This document shows, piece by piece, positions 18,433 through 26,802 of a stretch of 64,000 nt of DNA (the stretch's first letter is position 1; the number at the start of each line of letters is the position of its first letter). The stretch lies in contig JBPOGH010000001.1 of NCBI GenBank assembly GCA_051252135.1, positions 256,001-320,000 of the forward strand, in the 5' to 3' direction. This DNA is from Verrucomicrobiaceae bacterium. GTDB taxonomy: Bacteria; Verrucomicrobiota; Verrucomicrobiia; Verrucomicrobiales; Akkermansiaceae. The notes below the pieces were generated by a model, which saw only the letters and a list, made by a program, of their open reading frames with translations, did no database searches and was not told the DNA's origin. Made by a program: the position numbers and the translations under genes.

Positions 18433-20420
18433 GAGGCAGGGGAGGGTTGGGTGGAGCCTTTTACCGGCTTGCCGGATGGGCGGGGTTGAAGGCAGAGGAG
18501 GGCTTCCGCGATGAGGAAGAGAAGAACGGCGATGAGAAACGCGCGCCAGGCTTCTTTGACGAAGTCGTCTTCCGATTTATCGTCGGTGAAGAGCGAGTAG
18601 GAAGTGCCAGCGAGGATTTCGTCGAGGGTTTCTTCGTTGATGCGTTCGGGGGAGGCTTCCTCGGTGTCGCGATTGACGGCTACGGTGCGTTCACCGAGGC
18701 GGTAGACTCCTGCCCGGTAGTGGTCTTGGGCAGGATCAAAGTCCTCGAAAGTGTCGAGGCGGGTGCGAATTTCGTCGTTCTTAATGGCTGCTTTTTCGCT
18801 GCCGGCAAGGGCGCGGAAGCCAGAGTGAAGCCGGTCGTTGCCTTTCTGAATCAGGCGCTGGACTCCGACGAGGTGCAGAGCGGTGAATTCGAGATTGGAC
18901 CACCGATCGTCGGGGAGAGTGCCCATGAAAATCACAGTTCCCGATCCGGTCAGATAGCGAAGCAGGAGAGGGGACTTATCATCCCATTCAGCGAGGATGG
19001 CGCCTTCTCCTTCGATTTTTCGACGTTTCACGGCGCGGAGTTCTTTGACCGGGAGCGGGTCGCCATTGACCCCGTGTGCCCAAGGGCCGTCATCAGGAAC
19101 CCACTGGCCGGCGATGAAGAATTGCTCATCCGGGGCGAGCTGAACCTCACCCCAGGAGAGGCCGAAAATTGATTCGGAAGAAGGGACTTCAGAGGGAGCG
19201 AAGAGGAGGGAACCTCCACCCTCGACAAACTGGATCAGCTGAGAAGCGATGGCTCCTTTGGGGATGGCGGATTGCCAAATGACGAGGGATGCGACGGACC
19301 AATCGATACGACTGCTTTCGACCGGGGTGATGACTTCACAGGTGAAGCGATCGAATCCCGGAGGGGAGGCCGCGCGGCGAAGAAAGCTGGCAGCTTCGCT
19401 GGTTGGTTCGTCGGTGACGAGATAGCTGGTGACCTTGGCGCGCGGTCCGTAGGCGAAGAAGACGGCGTTGTCGCGAGGGTTGTTATCGGAGGTGAGTCCG
19501 GCCCAGCCGTGACCGCTTTCTTCGGCGTTGCCAAGCGGGAGACGTTTTTGGAATCGGGTCTCCTGTCCGCTGATGGTGACGCGCTCCGAGGACCGGGCCC
19601 CGTTGAGGGAGAAGGTGAGTGCCACCGAGGCTTCGCCTGTGGTTTCGCTTCGAATGAGACGGAGGTCCAGAAAGAGGTCGTCCTCGATACGGCGGGAAGA
19701 GATCAGCTCAAGAGCGAGATTTTCCTTCTTTTTCTGATCGGCAGCGAGGATGCGAAGCTTGGTTTGAGTGGGGAGGTTTTCGATCCCGCTTTGGACGGCT
19801 TGCCAGCGGCTGTCGCTGACCTTCCAGTCACCTCGTTGGAGATCAGAGGCGACCCAGATTTCGGCTTTGCCGGGCTGTGTTTCCTGAAGGTAGTCGATGG
19901 CAGTCGTGATGAGGAGCGGGATGTCAGCCTGGGTATCGGTGGCCTGGGTGAATGAGAGATCGGGAAGAACATCGGGAGAGGCTACATCTTGAACTTCGCC
20001 AGAGGCGCTATCGATTAGGACGAGGCGCGGATTGCCCATAGTCTTGATGGCGTTGCCGATGCGTTCGAGGACGGCTTCACGTTGGCTGGGCTGCCCATCA
20101 CCGCTGCGAACTTCCATGCTGGGTGAGCGATCGAGAACGAGAACCACCGTTTCCACCGAACCACCACCCCAACCAAGAAAGTTGCTGAGAAGCGGACGGG
20201 CGACAGCGAAGATGAGAGCGGCTACGGCAAGAGTGCGGCAGACGAGAATGAGAATGTGTTTGAGGCGTTTTTTACCGCGTGATTCGCGGCTAGCCTTTAA
20301 AAGAAAGGTGGTTGCCGCCCACTTCACGGTGCGAAATCGCCGGCGATTCAAGAGGTGAATCACCACCGGTATGGCAGCGGCAAGGAGCCCCCAAAGGAGC
20401 GCTGGAGCGAGGAAGTTCAA
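18429..20420 (-). CDS. BatA N-terminal domain + vWA-like protein
   Basis: MNFLAPALLWGLLAAAIPVVIHLLNRRRFRTVKWAA, VLVLDRSPSM, C-terminal TM with AEALL; TTG start. Confidence 0.87.
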   Translation of the reverse strand: MNFLAPALLWGLLAAAIPVVIHLLNRRRFRTVKWAATTFLLKASRESRGKKRLKHILILVCRTLAVAALIFAVARPLLSNFLGWGGGSVETVVLVLDRSPSMEVRSGDGQPSQREAVLERIGNAIKTMGNPRLVLIDSASGEVQDVASPDVLPDLSFTQATDTQADIPLLITTAIDYLQETQPGKAEIWVASDLQRGDWKVSDSRWQAVQSGIENLPTQTKLRILAADQKKKENLALELISSRRIEDDLFLDLRLIRSETTGEASVALTFSLNGARSSERVTISGQETRFQKRLPLGNAEESGHGWAGLTSDNNPRDNAVFFAYGPRAKVTSYLVTDEPTSEAASFLRRAASPPGFDRFTCEVITPVESSRIDWSVASLVIWQSAIPKGAIASQLIQFVEGGGSLLFAPSEVPSSESIFGLSWGEVQLAPDEQFFIAGQWVPDDGPWAHGVNGDPLPVKELRAVKRRKIEGEGAILAEWDDKSPLLLRYLTGSGTVIFMGTLPDDRWSNLEFTALHLVGVQRLIQKGNDRLHSGFRALAGSEKAAIKNDEIRTRLDTFEDFDPAQDHYRAGVYRLGERTVAVNRDTEEASPERINEETLDEILAGTSYSLFTDDKSEDDFVKEAWRAFLIAVLLFLIAEALLCLQPRPSGKPVKGSTQPSPAS

Positions 20421-20429
20421 GGGTAAGGG

Positions 20430-21323
20430 TTAACGTTTTTTGGTGAGACGTCCGGTAATGAAGTTGGAAACGATTTCCTCGTAGTTCGCGTTTGTTTGCA
20501 AGAGCTGGTAGTCGGCATTGACGCCGTGGCAGTTCTGCTCAGTGGTGATGAGGAATTCGTTGAGCGCTTCGTGATACTCATCGACGATGAGGTTTGGCTC
20601 AGCGACGACGGTGGTGCCATCCTCCAGATCGATGAAGCGGTGAGGTCGCTCAAAATGGAATTCGACCTCCTGGGGGTCGAGGAGATGGAAGACGGCAATG
20701 TCGTGCTTCCGAAAGCGGAGGTGCTGGAGAGCTTTGGCGAACTCATCGGTGTCAGCGAAGAGGTCGGAAAGAATGACCACGAGCGCGCGCTGTTGAATCT
20801 TTTCTGCGATCAGGTGGAGGGCGTCAACGAGGCCCGTTTCACCGCTCGGTTCCAAATTTTGAAGGGACTCAAAAATGTGCTGCAGTTGGGCTGCGCGGCG
20901 GCTGGGAGGAATCTCAAGGTGCAGCTTATCATTGCAACAAGAGAGTCCGGCGGAGTCGCCTTGATTGACAATGAGGTAGCTCAAGGTGGCTGCGATTCTG
21001 CGGGCGAAGTCGATCTTGGTAGGGTTCTCGCCGGAGGAGAAATTCATCGAACCGGAGGAGTCGACGACAAAATAGGCCCGCAGGTTGGTGTCGGCCTCGA
21101 ACTCTTTAATGTAGTATCGGTCCGAGCGTGCGTAGGCTTTCCAGTCGAGTCGGCGGGTGTCATCGCCCGGGACGTACTTGCGGTATTCGGCGAATTCGAC
21201 CGACGATCCACGATGCGGAGACCGGTGACGGCCCGCGACATTTCCCACCATGGGAAAACGCGACTCCATCGGGATCGCGCCGAGTCGGCCGAGCACGTCA
21301 GTATCGAGGAAGTCGTATTTCAT
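20430..21323 (-). CDS. DUF58 domain protein
   Basis: GRHRSPHRGSSVEFAEYRKYVPGDDTRRLDWKAYARSDRYYIKEFE, DSSGSM. Confidence 0.93.
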   Translation of the reverse strand: MKYDFLDTDVLGRLGAIPMESRFPMVGNVAGRHRSPHRGSSVEFAEYRKYVPGDDTRRLDWKAYARSDRYYIKEFEADTNLRAYFVVDSSGSMNFSSGENPTKIDFARRIAATLSYLIVNQGDSAGLSCCNDKLHLEIPPSRRAAQLQHIFESLQNLEPSGETGLVDALHLIAEKIQQRALVVILSDLFADTDEFAKALQHLRFRKHDIAVFHLLDPQEVEFHFERPHRFIDLEDGTTVVAEPNLIVDEYHEALNEFLITTEQNCHGVNADYQLLQTNANYEEIVSNFITGRLTKKR

Positions 21324-21353
21324 GAGACTCTGGGCCGCGTCGGGTTACGCCGA

Positions 21354-22970
21354 CTAGGCATCGTCCCGCATCTCTTCGATGAGGCGTGCGACAATCTTCT
21401 TGGAAGTCATTCCCTGGGATTCGGCCGAGAAATTGGTGAGCACCCGATGGCTCAGCACAGGCTGGGCGACGGCCTCAATGTCTTCCAAAGAGGCCATGTA
21501 AGTGCCACGAAGAGCAGCGCGAGCTTTGCATCCTAAAATAAGGTACTGCACGGCACGAGGTCCCGCACCCCAGCCGACAAATTCCTTGATCCACTCGGGG
21601 GCTTCTTCGGAATCGGGACGGGTGCGGCGGACGATTTCGACCGCGTAGTCGTAAATATGATCGGGGACCGGGACGCGGCGGACGAGGCTCTGGTAGTCGA
21701 GCACTTCCTGTCCGGTGAGGAGAGGATTGAGAGGCGCCTTGTCGACTCCGGTGGTCTCGCGAGCGATGCGACGTTCCTCGGCTTCGGTTGGGTAATCGAC
21801 ATCGATAAGGAACATGAAGCGGTCAAGCTGGGCTTCGGGGAGCGGATAGGTTCCTTCCTGTTCAACAGGGTTTTGAGTCGCGAGGACAAAGAAAGGCGCG
21901 TCGAGCTGGTAAGTGCGGCCCAGCACGGTGACATGACGTTCCTGCATCGCCTCGAGCATGGCGGACTGGGTTTTGGCCGGTGCGCGGTTGATTTCGTCGG
22001 CGAGCACGATATTGGAAAAGACGGGGCCTTTCACGAACTCGAACTGGCGCTTCCCGCCTTCGCCATTCTCCTGAATGATGTCGGTTCCGGAAATATCGGC
22101 CGGCATGAGGTCGGGCGTGAACTGAATCCGGTTGAAGTCGAGGTTCATGGTCTCGGCGACCGAAGAGACGAGAAGAGTCTTGGCCAATCCGGGAACCCCC
22201 ATGAGGAGACCGTGTCCGCGAGCGAAAAGGCAGATTGCCAATTGTTCAATCACATCCTCCTGGCCGATAATGACTTTCCCGAGTTCGTTTTTGAAAGCCT
22301 GATACTTTTGCCCGAGTAGATCGATAGCGGCTACGTCATCTGGAGGAAGGGTTCCATCGTTAGGGAGTTCCATTGGTGTGGAATCAACAGGGGCCTCGTC
22401 CTGCCCAGAGGACGAATTTTCATACACAACAGGCCCTGTGATCTTGGCAGGGGAGGGAACGATGATTTTTTGAGGAGCGGAATCCAGCATGAGAGGGATG
22501 TGGGTGAGTTGGGATCGGTCGATCTTTACGGGTGAAGGGATGGAGATTTTTTGAGGAGGGTAAATTGGTTCCGGTATCAGATAGTCGATTTTGGATCGAT
22601 TAATCTCGACTGGCCGGGGCACGACAATTGTCGGCGCTGAAGGTTGCGGAGAAAGATACTCCACGGGGCCGGTGATTTTTGCAGGAGCCGGGACTTTAAT
22701 CTTGGTCGGAGAAGGATCCGGGGCGAGATACTCGACCGGACCGGTAATCCTGGCAGGTGCGGGCACGACGATTTTAGCGGTAATCGGTTCCGCGAATGGA
22801 GGGGGAGTTTGATCCGAATGGGCGGCATCGTCCTGAAGAGAGCGCGCCTCTTCAGGGGAATTGTCTGATGAAATCAGAGCTTTGATTCGGTCTGCGAAGG
22901 ATGACTTTTTGATAACGATAATGAAGCTACTAAGCTCCGGCTCTTTGGCAAGCCCCTGTACTGGATTCAC
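21354..22970 (-). CDS. MoxR-family AAA+ ATPase with in-frame Pro-rich repeat N-terminal extension (start uncertain: GTG 22970, GTG 22766, ATG 22490 or ATG 22373)
   Basis: GVPGLAKT Walker A, RIQFTPDLMPADI, LADEINRAPAKTQSA, ATQNPVEQEGTYPLPEAQLDRF. The ATPase core begins near 22373 and the frame is open upstream. Confidence 0.85.
   Translation of the reverse strand: MNPVQGLAKEPELSSFIIVIKKSSFADRIKALISSDNSPEEARSLQDDAAHSDQTPPPFAEPITAKIVVPAPARITGPVEYLAPDPSPTKIKVPAPAKITGPVEYLSPQPSAPTIVVPRPVEINRSKIDYLIPEPIYPPQKISIPSPVKIDRSQLTHIPLMLDSAPQKIIVPSPAKITGPVVYENSSSGQDEAPVDSTPMELPNDGTLPPDDVAAIDLLGQKYQAFKNELGKVIIGQEDVIEQLAICLFARGHGLLMGVPGLAKTLLVSSVAETMNLDFNRIQFTPDLMPADISGTDIIQENGEGGKRQFEFVKGPVFSNIVLADEINRAPAKTQSAMLEAMQERHVTVLGRTYQLDAPFFVLATQNPVEQEGTYPLPEAQLDRFMFLIDVDYPTEAEERRIARETTGVDKAPLNPLLTGQEVLDYQSLVRRVPVPDHIYDYAVEIVRRTRPDSEEAPEWIKEFVGWGAGPRAVQYLILGCKARAALRGTYMASLEDIEAVAQPVLSHRVLTNFSAESQGMTSKKIVARLIEEMRDDA
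22410..22775 (-). repeat. Five tandem Pro-rich peptide repeats (four of 24-27 aa, the last shorter)
   Basis: KIVVPAPARITGPVEYLAPDPSPT / KIKVPAPAKITGPVEYLSPQPSAP / TIVVPRPVEINRSKIDYLIPEPIYPPQ / KISIPSPVKIDRSQLTHIPLMLDSAPQ / KIIVPSPAKITGPVVYENSS. Confidence 0.85.
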
Positions 22971-23006
22971 AAACGCTGGATTTTTTCTCCCGATCCGATC
23001 AAAACA

Positions 23007-23927
23007 ATGGCGAACACGATGAGCGCTCCCTACGAAGTCCTGCTTTACTACAAATATTGCACCATAGCTGACCCCGATGGCTATGCCGATGAACACCGGC
23101 AGCTTTGCCAGCGATTGAACCTCAAAGGCCGTATTTTAATCGCCAAGGAAGGGATCAATGGCACCGTCTCGGGACTGGTGGGGGACACCGAAGAGTATCG
23201 CAGAGTTCTCGACGCCGACCCGGTGATGGCTGGCATCGCCTGGAAAATTGACCCTGAAGGAGATCATGTGTTCCCAAAGCTCTCGATCAAGGTTCGTGAT
23301 GAGGTTGTTACGCTGGGGTTGGGTGAGGATGATTTTTCTCCCGAGGACCTGACGGCGACCCACCTCAAGCCAAGGGAGTGGAAGGAGGCGATGAAGGAAA
23401 ATGACGTCGTGATGATCGACGCCCGTAACGATTACGAATGGGAGATTGGGCGCTTTGAAGGGGCAATTCTTCCGGATGTGCCGAGCTTTCGCGATCTTCC
23501 CAAGTGGATTAGGGATCACCGTTCGGAGTTGGAGGGGAAGAAGATCCTCACCTACTGCACCGGAGGGATTCGGTGTGAGAAATTCAGTGGATTCCTTTTA
23601 AAAGAAGGCCTGGAGGATGTTTACCAGCTGGACGGCGGAATTGTCACTTATGGTAAGGACGAGGAGGTGAAAGGAGCGGGATTTGAAGGTGAATGCTATG
23701 TTTTTGATCAACGCTTGAGCGTTCCGGTGAATCGCACGCCGGAGGCGACCATTATCTCGAGCTGCGCACTCTGCGGTAAGACCTCAATTCGCTACCGAAA
23801 CTGCTCCTGGAAACCCTGTAACGAGCAGTTCATTTGTTGTGAACAGTGTGAAAGTGAAAAGGGCTGCTTCTGCGCACCTGTTTGCAAAGAGGCCGCCACG
23901 ATCAGTCCGGTGGCGGTGACCGGCTGA
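23007..23927 (+). CDS. trhO: Rhodanese-domain tRNA uridine(34) hydroxylase (TrhO/YceA); start 23007 or 23019
   Basis: VLLYYKY, KGRILIAKEGINGT, IDARNDYEWEIGRFEGA, YCTGGIRCEK, CYVFDQR, C-terminal Cys cluster. Confidence 0.9.
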   Translation: MANTMSAPYEVLLYYKYCTIADPDGYADEHRQLCQRLNLKGRILIAKEGINGTVSGLVGDTEEYRRVLDADPVMAGIAWKIDPEGDHVFPKLSIKVRDEVVTLGLGEDDFSPEDLTATHLKPREWKEAMKENDVVMIDARNDYEWEIGRFEGAILPDVPSFRDLPKWIRDHRSELEGKKILTYCTGGIRCEKFSGFLLKEGLEDVYQLDGGIVTYGKDEEVKGAGFEGECYVFDQRLSVPVNRTPEATIISSCALCGKTSIRYRNCSWKPCNEQFICCEQCESEKGCFCAPVCKEAATISPVAVTG

Positions 23928-23971
23928 AAAAGCCCCTCGTCAAGTCCGCCTGGCGAGGGTATGGACCGCGC

Positions 23972-24952
23972 GTGTCGACCGAGGTGACAAAACCCCATCA
24001 AATCAAACTGGAGTATGAGACTCCAGGTTTTCTCCAATCGCTCTTTGGCCATCAGGATACGGAGCTCAAGTATTTGGAAGCCAAAGCGGGGGTGAAAATT
24101 GTGACCCGTGATGGTTGGCTTCTAGCACAAGGGGACGAGGAAGGATGCCAGTATGTCCAACGCGTCTTTGGTGATCTGGAAGAGGCTCGTCGGGATGGAG
24201 CGGAACTGAGCGTGCGGGATTTTCGCACTGCGGTAGATCTGGCTGCGGGCTCCGACGAGGCCACCGGAGTCTCCGAGTTGGTGAAAGTCCGACTGGTCGG
24301 CGCGCGGGGACGAAAGCCTGTGGTCGCCCGAAATCCCCATCAGTTGGAATACCTGAATGCGATGGTCGAGAACGATGTCGTCTTTGGGCTCGGCCCTGCG
24401 GGAACGGGAAAAAGTTATCTCGCGGTGGCAATGGGGCTCCACCTTTTGCGAAGTAAGGAGGTCAATCGAATCGTCCTCACGCGTCCTGCCGTTGAAGCCG
24501 GAGAGGCTCTCGGCTTCCTCCCCGGGGACATGAGGGAGAAGGTCGCTCCATACTTGCGTCCACTTTATGATGCAATCGACGATATGCTGGGCTTCGAGGA
24601 AGGGCAGCGCCGGCTCGAAGACGGCAGTATCGAAATCGCCCCGCTGGCCTACATGCGCGGACGGACGCTTTCAAAAAGCTTCGTGATTCTGGATGAAGCG
24701 CAAAATACAACCCGGGAACAGATGTTCATGACACTGACGAGGTTGGGTGAGGGGTCTCGCTGCATCGTGACCGGCGACGGTTCCCAAGTGGACTTAAAAC
24801 AGCAGGGGACTTCAGGGTTGATTGAGGCGGAACAGGCCTTGCAAGGAGTGAAAGGCGTTCACTTCACCCGATTCAAAGCTGAAGACGTCGTGCGCCATCC
24901 GGTGGTCGGGCGCATCATTACGGCATATGATCAACATCGGGATCGCTCCTAG
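23972..24952 (+). CDS. phoH: PhoH-family ATPase (PhoH/YbeZ)
   Basis: GPAGTGKS, RIVLTRPAVEAGEALGFLPGD, APLAYMRGRTL, LDEAQN, DVVRHPVV; GTG start inferred. Confidence 0.92.
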   Translation: MSTEVTKPHQIKLEYETPGFLQSLFGHQDTELKYLEAKAGVKIVTRDGWLLAQGDEEGCQYVQRVFGDLEEARRDGAELSVRDFRTAVDLAAGSDEATGVSELVKVRLVGARGRKPVVARNPHQLEYLNAMVENDVVFGLGPAGTGKSYLAVAMGLHLLRSKEVNRIVLTRPAVEAGEALGFLPGDMREKVAPYLRPLYDAIDDMLGFEEGQRRLEDGSIEIAPLAYMRGRTLSKSFVILDEAQNTTREQMFMTLTRLGEGSRCIVTGDGSQVDLKQQGTSGLIEAEQALQGVKGVHFTRFKAEDVVRHPVVGRIITAYDQHRDRS

Positions 24953-25012
24953 CATGCTCGAAATTTCCGTCGACTTCGTCCGGATCGAAGCAAACAATCA
25001 CCTCAGCGCATT

Positions 25013-26359
25013 ATGAATATCGTCATCGTCGGAGCCGGAGAAATCGGGCGACATCTTGCCATCGATCTGTCCCGACAAGGCCACATTGTGTCCGTTATTG
25101 AGCGCGACGGCGTGCGTGCGGCCGAACTGGAACGGGAGGTTGAAGCGAAAATTGTCGTGGGTGATGGTGCGAGCATCAACACACTTGCTGAAGCGGGTAT
25201 TGGTGAATGTGAACTTTTCCTGGCACTGACGAGTGACAACACCGTGAATCTGGTCAGCGCAAGCATCGTTAAATCGATGGGGGTCGAGCAGGTTATCAGC
25301 AGGGTTCATCCGGGCCTTCAGCGGGAAGAGTGGCTTTTTGACTTCCGCGGGCACTTCCAAATCGACCATATTTTCAGCTCGGAACGGCTGGCGGCCATTG
25401 AGCTGGCCAAATTTATCCGCAATCCTGATTCACTCGTGGTGGAGGAAATCGCCCGGGGGAAAATCGAGCTGCAGCAAGTGCTGGTAAGCGCCAAAAGTGA
25501 GGTGATCGGGAAGCCGCTCAAGGAGCTGAAATTCCCGGCACGAACCCGAATTGCGCTGATCAGCCGGGGGGATTCCCATGAGGTCCCCAATGCCGAAACC
25601 GTTATCGAAGCAGGCGACATCGTCACCGTTTTTGGAAATCCGAGAAAGCTGAGGCTTCTTGTGGAGTCGATGCAGCGGGAGGCCGCGTCCAAGGAAGGTC
25701 CGAGGGTGGTGATTTTTGGCGGCGGAGAATATGGCTTTGCCCTGGCTCAAATGCTGGAGTCCTGGAGCTGCCGGGTCCGTATTTTCGAGAAGGACGTCGA
25801 GTTGGCCCGGGATTTGACCGATCGACTCTCCAATACCACCGTGATCAATGCTGACGCAACGTCTGTGGCGGAACTTGAAGAAGAGCAAATTGGTGACGCT
25901 GACTTCTTTGTGGCTACCAGTGGGAGTGACGAGGATAACGTGATGACCTGTCTTCAGGCGAATAATTTGGGTGCTGAAAACTGCCTCACTTTGATTCACC
26001 GCGCCGATTACGCGAAAGCGATCAGTACTACAGGTCGGCATTTTGGAGTGATCGCGGCCGTGAGTCCACGGGAGGCGTCGCGGAAGGAAATTGCGCGGTT
26101 TATCACATCTGACAAATTCCACGTGGTCCGCAAACTTGGTCATGGGCTTGTGATCGAGACCCAAGTGAAGGCGGATTCGAAAGCCGAAGGCAAGACTGTT
26201 GGTGAAATCAAATGGCCGGAGGGCTGCGTGCTGGTTGGATTGCTCAAAGGTCTTCAGGCAATCGTACCGGGAGCGGATGACGTCATTTCCAAAGGCGATC
26301 AGATTTTTGCCGTGGTTGCAGACAAGGCCGAGAAGAAGTTCCTCAAGCTGGTTCACTAA
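25013..26359 (+). CDS. trkA: Trk potassium uptake regulatory subunit TrkA (two RCK domains)
   Basis: MNIVIVGAGEIG and a second VVIFGGGEYG Rossmann motif; TSGSDEDNVM; 448 aa. Confidence 0.92.
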   Translation: MNIVIVGAGEIGRHLAIDLSRQGHIVSVIERDGVRAAELEREVEAKIVVGDGASINTLAEAGIGECELFLALTSDNTVNLVSASIVKSMGVEQVISRVHPGLQREEWLFDFRGHFQIDHIFSSERLAAIELAKFIRNPDSLVVEEIARGKIELQQVLVSAKSEVIGKPLKELKFPARTRIALISRGDSHEVPNAETVIEAGDIVTVFGNPRKLRLLVESMQREAASKEGPRVVIFGGGEYGFALAQMLESWSCRVRIFEKDVELARDLTDRLSNTTVINADATSVAELEEEQIGDADFFVATSGSDEDNVMTCLQANNLGAENCLTLIHRADYAKAISTTGRHFGVIAAVSPREASRKEIARFITSDKFHVVRKLGHGLVIETQVKADSKAEGKTVGEIKWPEGCVLVGLLKGLQAIVPGADDVISKGDQIFAVVADKAEKKFLKLVH

Positions 26360-26472
26360 TGCCCACAATTTGCTTAAGTGCCTGAGAATCGCATATTTGA
26401 TTCGCTCATGAGTATCCGGACGTCCTGGAGGAGGTTTTCCAACACCCTTATCCTGAACACCCCCTGAGGATA

Positions 26473-26500
26473 ACTTCACACAATATATGTAATGCGGAAT
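26473..26500 (-). other. dif-like chromosome dimer resolution site (XerC/XerD)
   Basis: Minus strand ATTCCGCATTA-CATATA-TTGTGTGAAGT has the 11-6-11 layout of E. coli dif GGTGCGCATAA-TGTATA-TTATGTTAAAT (XerD arm 8/11 identical, CGCAT core in the XerC arm). It is intergenic and near the GC-skew switch. Confidence 0.72.
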
Positions 26501-26802
26501 TAGGAAGTGGGTTTGAATGGGAGCTGCCACCCTACTGCTGCTTAAGTTGGAAATCAGCCCCCAACCGAAAATTGGCGCCTCTCGAAATATATCTGCCTCC
26601 CGTTTTGCCTCATGGCCATAATTGTCGCGCCCTTGTGACTCGTGCCCGAAGGGCTTCGCTCCCCGATCACAGGCCAGATTTAATCATTGGCTTCCAGTGA
26701 ATTTTGGAGACTGACGGGAAAACAGAAAAGACAGCTACCCGTCTGCATACTCAAGTAATTCACTTCCCCAGACTCCCGCACTGTCATAGATAGCCCCTGC
26801 GC

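Noticed and set aside
22971..23096. MoxR start at 23096 as listed in the ORF track
   Set aside because: It would overlap the conserved N-terminus of trhO on the opposite strand.
26710..26770. preQ1 riboswitch upstream of tgt (CAGCTACCC resembles part of class I)
   Set aside because: Lacks the class I loop consensus and the 3' A-rich tail.
26360..26802. oriC interpretation of the trkA-tgt gap
   Set aside because: Only degenerate DnaA-box-like 9-mers, no dnaA/dnaN/gidA/parAB nearby, and both skew polarity and the dif match point to the terminus. Kept only as a minor alternative.
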